A stretch of DNA of 64,000 nucleotides, taken from NCBI RefSeq assembly GCF_000315625.1, contig NW_005434611.1:183523-247522 (forward strand). The letters run 5' to 3'. Source of the DNA: Guillardia theta CCMP2712. Lineage: Eukaryota > Protista > Cryptophyta. Shown piece by piece: positions 10,810 through 22,042 of the stretch. Numbering within the stretch: position 1 is the first letter of the stretch; every line of letters starts with the position of its first letter. Made by a program: the position numbers and the translations under genes. The notes under the pieces are model-generated. The model saw only the letters and a program-made list of their open reading frames with translations. It did not search any database and was not told the DNA's origin.

Positions 10810-11600
10810 CCTTCAGTCCTCGGGCTGGCAGTGCACTCGCAAGGCTTCAGCTAGCGCGTCGAGCCAACCATGCGTCTCCACACAAGAGGTTACCTCCTTG
10901 ATCGACACCGGGGACCAAAAGTAGCCTACCACTAAAACAGTCACAGTCATTCCTGCCCCTCCTGCCCCCCCCCGTGGCTCTTTTGTTCCTCTACTCATCC
11001 AGTACTCCCCCCCTCCTCCTCCCCTCTTCCTCTTCCTCCTCCCTCCGCGCTTCTCCTCCATGGCCACTCCTCTCTCCGTCGCCGTCTCCCCGCGCCCCCG
11101 CTGTCCCCAGCTCCTCGCCCCCTCCCCTCCTCCTCCCGTCACCCTCGACATGGCGACGCTCAGGCCGCTCTTCCCTCTGCCTCAGCCTGTCGCTGCTCGA
11201 TGTCTCGGGGTCTCGCTCTCCTCCCTCAAGCTCGCTTGCCGCCGCCTGGGCGTACGCAGGTGGCCGTACAAGGCCGCGAGAGCCCCGGCCAAGCCGCCGA
11301 CCTCAGCGCCCCAGGGCTGCAGCCAAGCAGCGCCAGCGTGCTCGGGAGGCCGCGGCCCGGCAGACAAGCCCTCGGGCAGCATGTACCGGAGGCTGAGCTG
11401 GATCGACATGGGGCTTTTCGACCTGCTTGAGGACAGCATGAAGCACGTGGCGGGGACGGGCTTCCTGGTGGAGCGCCGGGGAGGCTAAGGGGGCCCGGGA
11501 TACGAAGACAGGGGTCGAGATCAGCAAGCAGGGTCGTCACGGGACCAGGCAGGAAGCTGAGGAGGAGGAGGAGAAGAGAAGCAGACGGAGGTGGAGAAGC
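10810..11600 (+). repeat. Tandem segmental duplication unit 2
   Basis: Near-identical to 9412-10340, with indels upstream of the CDS. Confidence 0.9.
11060..11488 (+). CDS. RWP-RK domain transcription factor (copy 2)
   Basis: Same 142-aa ORF as 9805-10233 except T2A and two C-terminal changes (MELFDML vs MGLFDLL). Confidence 0.9.
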   Translation: MATPLSVAVSPRPRCPQLLAPSPPPPVTLDMATLRPLFPLPQPVAARCLGVSLSSLKLACRRLGVRRWPYKAARAPAKPPTSAPQGCSQAAPACSGGRGPADKPSGSMYRRLSWIDMGLFDLLEDSMKHVAGTGFLVERRGG

Positions 11601-12237
11601 AGGGGGAGGACAGTAGTCAGTGCGGGGGTCTGGTAGGGTAGATGAGCGGTCGTGTGTTAGTTTGTCCTGTCTTGTTGTATCCAGCCTACAGCGGGTATGA
11701 TGATCGGACTTGCCGGTTGTCAGAGTCAGCGAGGGATACGCCGCTGAGTGCAGCATGGGACAAGGCAGAATGTGGAGGAGTATTGCGATGGTACGAGTGC
11801 ATCAGAATCTTTGCGAGAGTGGCGAATCGGATTTGGCGGCAGGATGATAACTCTAGTTTGCATTGCGATATCACAGGACAGAATGAAACGACTGACAGCC
11901 GTTGCTCCTGTATCCATAACACTGATGGAAGCCACTCCCATCCGAAACAAAACAACAAATTAAAAACAAACTTCAGTCATGACATCATTTCTGATTTAGA
12001 TCGCAAAACATTTTATCTTGGAGGTATGATATCATCAAACATGTAAAACAAAAACCTTCACACTAACAAGTAGAGCAAATGAAAGGAAAGTGAAAACGTG
12101 CCCCGGCAGTTGCAAAAACAAAAGAAGATATTATTTCGAAGGCCCGCCTTATCAAGGAGCGACAAGCCTTGAAGACGGATGGATCGTATGCCAGCTGTGC
12201 CAGTCAGATAGCGCCGAGTTAACAAAAACTCTCCTGT

Positions 12238-12507
12238 AAACCAAGATGACTTACGTGTTTCAAGGCGGCCCATGTAGCGTGTGTGACGAAGGCGGGGCTT
12301 TCCTAGCCGTCTTGCTAAGGTCCTCTCATGTCTGGATGCTTGGGTTTCACATCCTAGCATACAGTCTATCTCTCATGTGCTCCTCAATTCTGGTTTTGTG
12401 TGCATTAAACTCGGTCTTGAGCAAAAACTGTCTTGTTACAACTAAGGTTGATGTGATATCTGTGTGACTTTGGCATAGTACAAGTCTAACAAACTTGTGC
12501 TCCGTCA
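12238..12507 (+). repeat. Dispersed non-coding repeat, copy A
   Basis: gccgtcttgctaaggtc...tctcatgtctggatgcttgggtttcacatcctagc...tctatctctcatgtgctcctcaat...actttggcatagtacaag...aacaaact..tgctccgtca recurs at 25337-25613. Confidence 0.85.
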
Positions 12508-12935
12508 CTAACACATTATCAGCACAGCAAATTCTTGTGATGTGTGCCGCTTGGAATGACCGAACCGTCACTGTCACTGTGAGACGAGACGAGTCGAGTC
12601 GAGTCCCTAGCTAGCTGACTAGCTAATACAACAGCTACTCAACAACTAGCTAGTAACAAGCTAGTCGACAGCTAGTCACCAGCTTGTCCGATCAACCGTG
12701 AGCCAGTCACATGTTTCTCAAAGTTTGAGGCGGGCCTCCCGGCTTGTTCGGTCCGTCGGGCCCGGGGCCTCAGTACAGTGCCACTGCACTGTGGCAGTGC
12801 CACTGCAACCGCCGCCTTGCGACGGTTGCGGCGTAACGGTTCCCTTTTACGGTCGCTTCATGGTATGTTCGGGTTTGTTGGGTCGCTCGCTCTGCCGTAG
12901 CTCCTTGACAGTGTTGGATGATGTTGACTGGTATG

Positions 12936-13031
12936 TTGTCATGTCCTGATCTTAACTGATACCTTGTCATGTCCTGATCTTAACTGATACCTTGTCATGT
13001 CCTGATCTTAACTGATACCTTGTCATGTCCT
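12936..13031 (+). repeat. 28-bp tandem repeat x3.4 (ttgtcatgtcctgatcttaactgatacc) inside a probable 5' UTR intron
   Basis: Units begin at 12936, 12964, 12992 and 13020; bounded by GTATGT (12931) and TGCAG (13035). Confidence 0.9.
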
Positions 13032-13097
13032 GCAGATATGCCATGCCGGCTTTTCTTTCCCTTCGTTGTTGGCACTAGCTTGTAGAGTGGGTTTCCG

Positions 13098-15223
13098 ATG
13101 GAGACCCTTGTCATGAGGGCAGGGAGAGGTTTGACGGCATTGCTATGCCTCTTGCCCTTGACCTTGACGAGCACTTGGCTCGAGGCATCAGATGGTTCCG
13201 CGCATCTTTCATGCCGAGCAATGTGTCGCACACGATCGGGAGGAGAAGTGCTGAGACTGAGGGGGGGAGAGGATGGCTTTGCTGGGCTGACAGATGAGAA
13301 CCGAACTCTCTTTACACGAGCATGGAAGGACAACCAGTTCTTTGCTCTTGCGGACAGCCAGGCGTCACAGAAGGGGGAGGAGGATGAGTTTCCGGTGAGG
13401 CTGCTGACTCAGGAGGAGAGAAAGGAGAAAGCGAGGTTGAGGGAGAAGGAGCCATGGTTTGGAGCCGAGGACGAGAGCTCGCATCTCGAGGAGGATGATG
13501 TGAGTGGAGGGCAGAGACTTGCTTGTCCTGCTGGTCTTACATGCTCAAGTTCAGGAGTTGATGGCGCAGACAATCCTGCAAGAGGCTGGACTACAGCATG
13601 TTGAGGAGGGACTGGAGGGAATAGAGTGTCCCCCTCCTCCTACCGTATTTGAGCAGCAGGTCTTTGATTCCGATGAAGCGAATGCTGGGGTATCAGATGA
13701 AAACTCATCCCAAACCACCACCCAACCCTCCCCTCCCCTCGACTGACCTCGTCGACTTCCTTCTTCTCACCTGTTCCTTCCTCTCTCTCCCCCCCCCCCT
13801 CCCCCCCCCCGTCATTCCTCCTCCTCCCCCCACCGCCACCGCCACCCCTTTCTTTCCACCTCACCTGACTTCTGACGCGTCCCGTCACAGAATCAGCTGA
13901 ACTACGTCAGCGAGGACGTCTACGAGGGTCTGAGACGAGATGTGGAGGGGTGGTGCAACGAGACTATGACGACCGAGGACGAAAATGAGCAGGAGGAGGA
14001 GGAGGAGGAGCAGAATGCCGGAGCTCAGCAGGAGCTCGAGATAATTGATTCGCCTCCCTGCTCACTGGGACGCCGGAGGAGCTTATGGAGGTTGTGCAGG
14101 AGGGGGCAAACGGTACCTGGATCTCCATCGTAGATCAGTAAGCTGCTCCTTCCTCCCTCCCCCCTTCGCCTCTCGTCTGCCTGTCCCGCAGGGGAGGTGA
14201 TGAGGAAGGGAGCTGTGTGCAGAGCATCTTGCTACCCTTCTCCGCCCTCCTTCGTTTTCCTTCGCTGACCTGAGCTCACTCCTCAGCCGCTACATCGAGC
14301 ACAACGTGACGGTGTTTAACGTCAGCGATGCTGAGGGGTACGCTGAAGCGATCAGAGAGAGTAAGGAAATTAGTCTTCTCCTTCCTGCGTCTCATCATGT
14401 CGCGGCAGAGAAAGTCGTCGCTCCTGTGACCCTGACGGCATCAGCTTCAGTTCTCTCCGGTATAGCAGAAGAAGGAGAAATGCAGAGGAAGGACCCCGAA
14501 GGGAAGGGAAGCGTTGCAGGCAGGCCGAGGCGGGGCAGGAGCAGGAGGGGGAGCAGGGGGAGCGAAAGGAAGGAGAGGGAGGAGAAATAGGAGAGATAGT
14601 GGGATAGAAATCTCCGTACGATCTCATCTTGTTCTATTCCTCCAGCGATCTTTGCCAAGTTTGTCAACGAGTATCAGAGGCAGGGAGCTCGAGCGTCTCG
14701 CACGGTGACGTCACCTGACGCCTGCCAGGATTCTGCTGACGACCATGACCAGGAGTTCTCGATTGTTGACAACGCCATCACGACTATCCTCAAGGGTGCA
14801 ACTCAAATTGGATGTGGAACACGGCAGCAGGTGCTCCCCCTCCTCTCTTCTCCCTCGTTCCCTCACCATCCCTCCCGTCCATCCTCCGTCCTTCACTTCC
14901 TCGCTCCCTCTCCCCTTCCCTCCCTCCAACTAACTTTCCCTCGCCTTGCAGATCGTGTGGTCATTAGGGCAGATTAGGAAGGTCCTTCAGGTGAGCTCTT
15001 GACCTTGTCCACTGGACTTGAGCAAGGACGGCAGGTCGGGTTTGAGGTGGGAGCGACGAGCGGGCAAGTGAGCGCAAGGATGAGGCAGAGGGCGAGGCAG
15101 TTGCGAGACACCAACGTGGTACGGGCCAAGGAGATGAGGCTGGTGGAGGAGGTGATCAAAATGATGGAGACGTACGATACCATCCTGCCAGACACTCCGT
15201 ACGAGGACAAGGAGGATGAATAA
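13098..15223 (+). CDS. Multi-exon hypothetical protein with signal peptide and LRLRGG motif
   Basis: METLVMRAGRGLTALLCLLPLTLTSTWLEAS (hydrophobic N-terminus), LRLRGG at 13251-13268, then coding-like exons separated by CT-rich GT-AG introns, ending ...DTPYEDKEDE* at 15223. Internal exon boundaries approximate. Confidence 0.65.
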
Positions 15224-15541
15224 ACCAACCAGGTTGGATGCCATGAGGTCTCGACAGAGAGGCGAAGTCAGGAGGAGGTGATGCGAGGAGGGAATACATG
15301 CAGCCGTTACCTTCACAAGAGCCTGTGCTGAGAGAGGGCGAGAGGGAGAAGTGATGTTGAAGAGGATAGGAGGAGAGCGATCAGGAGGGGTGGATGGGGC
15401 AAGAGGAGAAGAGAAGAGGCAAGGTAATGTCCAGGAGTAGGAGGCAGGAACGGGAGGGAAGGAGGAGAAGGGAGAAAGTGAGAGAGAAGAAGGGGAGAAG
15501 AGGCAAGGGGAGGAAGAGATCGAGGGCAACAGTGCGATTCT

Positions 15542-16131
15542 TCACTTCTTCGGCTTCTCAATCTCGAGCTTCTGCACGATATCTTTGACGTCTTTCTCCC
15601 GCATCTTCATCAAGTCCTCATCAATCCTCCCTTCCCTCTTCCGCTCCATCCTCGCCCGTTGCTCCTCCACATGCTCCGCCCACTCCGTCGACCTCTCCTT
15701 GCACTGCCGGCACGCACAGTCGTGAAATTCACTCCAGGACCAGATCTTCAGCTTCATATTGCAACCACAGCAGCGAATCTCTGCTGCCCTCCCATCAAGG
15801 TAGTTCCCCAGCAAGGGCCGCGTGTAAGGGCGCGAGGAAGGGGGACACGCCTGTGTCGTCCTCTTGATGTCTCCAGAGCCGCTCCCTGAACACTGCAGCG
15901 CGTGGAAGGTAAGAAGTCGCAGGCAAGAGGAGCAGGGGAGTGAAAGAAGAATAGGAGGAGAGGTACACGAGGAGCAGGGAGAACAGAAGGAGCACAAGGA
16001 TAACACGAGGAGTAGCAGGAGAGCAGCAGGAGCGATCCTCATACCACATCTCGTCGGTGTGCCCCTTCCTCCCATTGAACCGAGCACTCCTGGCAAATAT
16101 TCCTCTGCTTATAGGGGAAAAGCTTGTCCAT
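15542..16131 (-). CDS. Small hypothetical protein with CxxC pairs and charged C-terminal helix
   Basis: MDKLFPYKQRNICQECSVQW... and last exon IRCCGCNMKLKIWSWSEFHDCACRQCKERSTEWAEHVEEQRARMERK...EKPKK*; exon joins uncertain. Confidence 0.45.
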
Positions 16132-16623
16132 GGAGGACGTAGGTGACCGAAGAAACAAAGAGAGGAAGGTAGAAAGAGCTTTTCAGGAAGGTGGTGCGGG
16201 GGGGTGAGCGAGGCGAGAGGATCGAGAAGCAGGAGGGAGGAGCGACGAGAGGAGGAGGGAGGAGCGAGGAGAGAGGAGCGAGGAGCGAGGAGAGCGGAGA
16301 GAGGAGAGAGGAGAGAGGAGAGAGGAGAGAGGAGAGAGGAGAGAGGAGAAAGGAGAGAGGAGAAAGGAAGGGGGAGAGAGGAGAGAGGAGGGAGGAGAGA
16401 GGAGGGAGGAGGGAGGAGGGAGGAGGGAGGAGAGCGAGGAGGTAACAGACAGCAGCGAGTCGGGCAGAAAATTTCAGGTCCGCCTCAGCCTCAACCCCAA
16501 GGATTTGATGACCCCACCATCCTGATATACTACCCCCCACATCACGTCAATTATCATGGTAATTGTACCCCTACTTTTCAATCCACCCACCCCCAATTGC
16601 CCCGCCGACTCTCATCTAAGGCC

Positions 16624-17271
16624 ATGGCTGTAGTTGCGAAGTGGCTATCGGCGGCGGTGCTCGCCATGCAGGGAGCGGAGAGCCTTCCTCTCAAGGACGA
16701 CAGCGCAGGCACCAAGCCTTGGTTCTGCCATGGCCTTGGCTGCCCGTCCTTCACCGTCCTCTCACGGAACGACAGCGTCGAGTTGAGGATGTACGAGGAG
16801 AGTTTGTGGGCGACGACCAAGGTTCCGTGCGGAGCAGGAGGGTCGTCCTTCGACAGCGCGAAGAGGGAAGGGTTCATGCGACTGTTCCGCTACATCAGCG
16901 GCAACAACTCCGAGCATGCCAAGATCGACATGACAGCACCCGTCCTCATCCGAGTCGACAAGGACGCTACGGGAGGCTACTCTGAGATCTCAGTCTCTTT
17001 CTTCATGGCCAATGGCAAGCAGGAATCACCCCAGCCTGGCAACAGTCAGATCTTCCTCGAGCAGCTGCCCAAGATGCAAGTCTTCGTCTCCCAGTACTCC
17101 ACTCTTCCTCCGGGGCCGTCGGAGGGGCGGGTGTTCAAGGAGGCAGAGGCACTGAAGTCGGGACTGGCCCCGGGCACGTACGATGAGCGCACGTTCTTCG
17201 ACGTCGAGTACGATCCTCCCTTCCGCATCTTCGGTCGGCACGACGAGATCTGGATCAAGAAGGTCGCCTGA
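16624..17271 (+). CDS. SOUL haem-binding protein (HEBP2-like) with probable signal peptide
   Basis: PWFCHGLGCPSFTV, ELRMY, GFMRLFRYISGNN, KIDMTAPV, VSFF, YDPPFRIFGRHDEIW are SOUL family hallmarks; intronless. Confidence 0.95.
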   Translation: MAVVAKWLSAAVLAMQGAESLPLKDDSAGTKPWFCHGLGCPSFTVLSRNDSVELRMYEESLWATTKVPCGAGGSSFDSAKREGFMRLFRYISGNNSEHAKIDMTAPVLIRVDKDATGGYSEISVSFFMANGKQESPQPGNSQIFLEQLPKMQVFVSQYSTLPPGPSEGRVFKEAEALKSGLAPGTYDERTFFDVEYDPPFRIFGRHDEIWIKKVA

Positions 17272-17595
17272 AACAGCCTCGTCCCTGGTAGCTGAAGAAA
17301 GCAAATAGGAACAGATTTCTTCCGGGGGAAGGGCAGAGGAAGGAGTAGCAGTAGCAGTAGCAGTGATTGTAATAGGAGTAGGAGACATGATTTTTAGTTG
17401 GTGTGACGCGATGGATGTGTTGGTTGTGAATGTAAAGAAGAAAGTTTACGTTCCTCCACCTCCTCCCCTCCCTCTTCCCCTCCTCCGCTCCTCCCCTCCC
17501 CTCTCCTCCTCGTCATATCGTCTTCTCTTTCTTCATCCTCTCCTCCCCAGCTCCCTCCTTTCTCTCCTACAGCTAACAGCCAGTCTAGCACTGCA

Positions 17596-19378
17596 TCAGC
17601 CGGCTGCCTTGACCGGCCTGGTGGGGAACAGCTGGAGTCTCTGTCCACCTACCTCGGACCCCACCGAGAGGGCTGGGAACAACGGGTTCACGTCGAACTT
17701 GACAGCCTCCCTGTCTTCCAGCTCATCATCCCCAGCTGAGGCCCCAGCTCGGTGGCTCCTGGCCGTCAACAGCTGCGGCCTCGTCCAGGGCGAGACCTGC
17801 CCCCCTCCCCATGGCCCATGTCCCTGTAGCTCGGCCCCGGAGCCGCTGAGAGCTGGGCTGCCTGCTGGGCTCTGGTTGCCTCTGGGGCTCATGAGGGCGA
17901 TGAGACTGTACCTCTTCCCAGGAGTACCAGCTCTCAGCTCGCTTGCAGCTGGGCTGAGAGTAGCTCGGCCCTGGTCCTTCCCTGAACCGCTCCTCCCGCC
18001 TGACCCCAGGCTGTCGTTGCCGCTGGGTGCCTTGACGATCAGAGAGGAGGGAGAGAGGGAGGAGGAGAGTATCAGCGTGTCCTTGAGGGAGGAGGCGAAG
18101 GTCGGGAGGAGGGAGCTAGTGGCTCCTGCGCCTCCAGCTTCCTGATGGGCGGGGTTGGGGCTGGAGGTGACGTGGCAGGGAGTGGTGGGACGAGCTAAGG
18201 AGAGTGTCAAAGAAAAGATGGAAATGAGATTTTGCGAGAAGAGACGAAAGGAGCGAGAAGAGGAGAGAGGTGGAGGAGCTGGTGGAAGAGGCAGAGGAGG
18301 AGAAACAAGGGGAAGACAAGGGAGGGATCAGAGAAGAAAGTCAACGGGTGGGCAAGGGCAACGGAGACACCTTGAGCTTGCGTTGTGTCATACTTCTGTG
18401 ACATCATGTTGAGAAGCTGGTCCATCTTGTTCAGGAGCTTTTCCATGGCCTTGCCCTGAGACTTGCGAGTCAAGACAGGGGGGAGGAGGAGGTACAGCAA
18501 GGGAAGAGAGATGGAGTAAGAGTGAACCAACAGGAGGGCAGGAGGGAGTGAGAGGATTGATCTGAGGGAAGTACGGGAATGAAAGGAAGATTGGAGCCCA
18601 CCAAGACAGGAAAGGAATGGAAGGAGAGGAAACGAATGGAAGGAATGGAAGGAAACATATGAGAGGAAGGAAAGGAATGGAAAAGGAAGGAAACGAATGG
18701 AAGGAATGGAAGGAATGAAAAGAGGGAAGAAGTGAGAGGGGAGAGGAGAGAAGGAATTGGAATGGATGGAATGGAAGGGGAAAAAAGAGGAGAAAATGCT
18801 AGCAGGACCTGTTTGTCAACGAAACCTTCCAAGTATGTCTGAATCTGAGAGGAGGTCAGGGGCTGACAATGAAACTATTTCCTCTTCCTACCTGACTCAC
18901 CCCGTCGATGTTCTCGTGGTTCCTTTCTCTGGCTTCATCCGAGTTGCCGCTGCTTGTGTTTGTTGAGTTCTCTGCTGACTGTTTGTTCCCTGTGACTTCG
19001 ATGTCAAAACCTCGCTAACACACAATTTCCTTATCCTGTTTCTCCTCCGTCATATCATCCTGTTTCTCCTCCGTCATATCATCTTCATCTCCTCCTCGCA
19101 TCCTCATCCTCATCCTCATCCACAACGTCGTTCTCTGTTTCCTCGCTCCTCTCCCCCACGATTTCTTACAGCTCATTGAGATCACCTGAGCTGCTCTTGA
19201 CCTCGAAGTTAAGGAAGTCCTGCATGAGCAGCCACTTGATGCCCAACTTAGTCGATTGCTCACTGACGCCTGACGTCAGCAGGTGAAGGAGAGCAGCAGC
19301 AGCAAGAGCAGCGAGAGCAACAGAGGTGCAGAAGCAGCAGCAGGAACAGGAGCAGAAGCAAGAGCGAGCAGCAGCAGC

Positions 19379-19461
<83 letters not shown>

Positions 19462-22010
19462 GAAAGAGTAGGTGCAGAGCAACGGAAAATGTCAACAGCA
19501 ACGAAAGAGGACAACGTACGACACAATAAGGATGAAAGGAAACGGAGATCAAGGAGAACAAGGAGAATCAATAGAGATCAGAAAGATACGGAGGACAAGG
19601 GAGATGAAGGGATCATGAGAATCAGGAGCAAACAACAGAGAAGATCAAGAACAAAAAAGGATAACGAGGATAACAAAAATACGAAGAGTACGGAGGAATA
19701 CGGAGATTCGAGGAGTACGGAAGATACGGAGGATACGCAGGATACGGAGGATACAGAGGATACGGAGGATACAGAGGATACGGAGAAATACCAAGGATAC
19801 TCAGGATACTCAGGATACGGAGAGTACGGAGGATAGGGAGGATAGGGAGGATAGGGAGGATGCGGTAAGTACAGAAGAATACGGAGGACATGACAGAGCA
19901 GGAGGACAACGAGGTACGGAGGATATGGAAGAAATGGAGAGTACAGAGGATACGGAGGATATTGAGGGCACGGAGGATATTGAGGGCACGGAGGATACGG
20001 AGGATACGGAGGATACGAAGAGTACGGAGAAATACGGAGGATAAGTAGGATCAGGAGGATACGGAGGGTACGGAGGATAGGGGGGATAGGGAGGATAAGT
20101 AGGATACGGAGGATAAAGGAGAATACGGTAAGTACGGAGGAATACGGAGGATACGGAGAGTACGGAGGATAAGGAGGATACGGAGGAATACGGAGGAGGA
20201 TCAGGAGGATAAAAATGATACGGATTGTCTGGAGGATACGGAGGACACGGAGAACATAGAAAAACCAAGAGGGTACGGAGGATAAGTAGGATACGGAGAG
20301 TATGGAGGAATGCGGAGGACAAGGAGGATAAGGAGAGTACGGAGGATACGGAGGATACGGAGGATACGGAGGATACGGAGGATAAAGGAGGATAAAGGAG
20401 AATACGGAGAGTACGGAGGCGGAGGACAAGGAAGTTACGAAGGATACGGAGGATATGAAGGGTATGAAGAGTTCGGAGGATACGGAGGACACGGAGGAAT
20501 AAGGAAGATAAGGAGGAATATCCTACCGACTCTGGTCGACGAGCATGGACTTGTTTACGTTGCGGATGACGTAGGAATTGAACTCGTTCATCACCATCTC
20601 CTCAAAGCCTTCGGGCGAGATTTCTTCAAGGCTACAGGAGATGAATGTGAGGGTGAGGAGAGGAGGGAGGAGTTGCAGAGGTTAAAGAGAAACACTACAA
20701 GAGAGAGAGGGAGAGGAAGCAGAGGAAGCGGAGGAGGGAAATGTAGGAAAGCAGGGAAGGGAGCAGGTAAGAGACGAGGGAAAGGTAGCAGGTACAGAAA
20801 GAAGTGGAGAAAGAAGCAGGGAGGATAGGAGATGAGGAAGAAGCAGAGAGGATAACGAACACAAAAGGTTCTCCTTACTTGTCCCCGTACTCGGCCATCA
20901 GCTCAGTGAATTCGTCCTTGGAGATGAAAAATTTCTCTCCAAGGATCTGGGGGAGCAGGGAGTGAGAAGGAAGACGGTGCATACGAGAGAGGGTGGAGGG
21001 AGGAAAGAACAGCAAGAGAAAGGGGAGAACGGCAAGTGAGATTGAGTACAGGAGTGATGAGGAACGGGATGAGGCAGGAACAATGCAATTAGAGGGAGAG
21101 GGAGTACAGGGAGTAGAGGGAGTAGAGGGAGTAGAGGGAGTAGAGGGAGTAGAGGGAGTAGAGGGAGTAGAGGGAGCAGGAGCAGGAGGAGAGGGAGGAA
21201 GAGGAGCAGGAGAGGGAGGAGCTGAATGATCACAAACGTATGCGACATCAGCAGCTCTCAGGCTCACACTCACTCTCGACAACCCTTCTTGTATCTCGGC
21301 GTGCCCGAGGTGCCCGTTGCTGTCGATGTCCATCCACCGATGGAGCGACTGGACCATCTTCTTGAACTCCGACATGCTCTTGGACTTGGAAAGGATCTTG
21401 AAGACGATCATCTCTTAGTCATCCTCATGCGAACACGCTCGTTGTTGGGTGTTACCTCGCACAGAGGGTCGAGAGGGTTGTTGCCGAGCACTGACCAGAG
21501 CTTGTTGATTTCTTCTGTGCGGCTCTGAGAAGACGATCAGGCAAATTGTCGCCCAAAGATAAGTTTCGAGGTTGACCATGGTTTGAGGAGAGTCAGAGGA
21601 TATAAACGAAGAAATGAAGTGGGAGTGAGAGTTCGATCAGGAGGAGATGGAGAGGAAGGAGGAGAAGAGGAAACAATATAGACGATGATTGCACAGGTGG
21701 TGATAATGGTGATGACGGCAACGACAACGCTGTACCCTGTTCATGGAGGACAGGAATTCATCTTCAAATGCACCTTTCAGTGACCACAACAACCAAGAAA
21801 AGCTCCTAGTCACCGAGTAGGATCGCAACGACGATGTTCATCAAGACTGTTGCCGAAAGCATCTCAGAAAGATCTTGACCACGACAAGTGAAAAGGTCCT
21901 CACCCATGTAACCGATGATCATGTACGAGATGAAGAACGCGGCAGGTCCCGCCCTGACCTGCCCTGATTCGAAGAACATCGACCGGACAACCGAACTGGC
22001 CCTGCCAAGA

Positions 22011-22042
<32 letters not shown>

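Noticed and set aside
12936-13031. CRISPR-like array (28-bp repeats)
   Set aside because: Units are head-to-tail with no spacers, the context is eukaryotic and there are no cas genes.
19283-20492. PolyQ/polyA and PPY-repeat ORFs (also RS-repeat 33801-34067, SSPLL 35900-36328, polyD/polyM 62763-63302)
   Set aside because: Translations of intronic or intergenic microsatellites.
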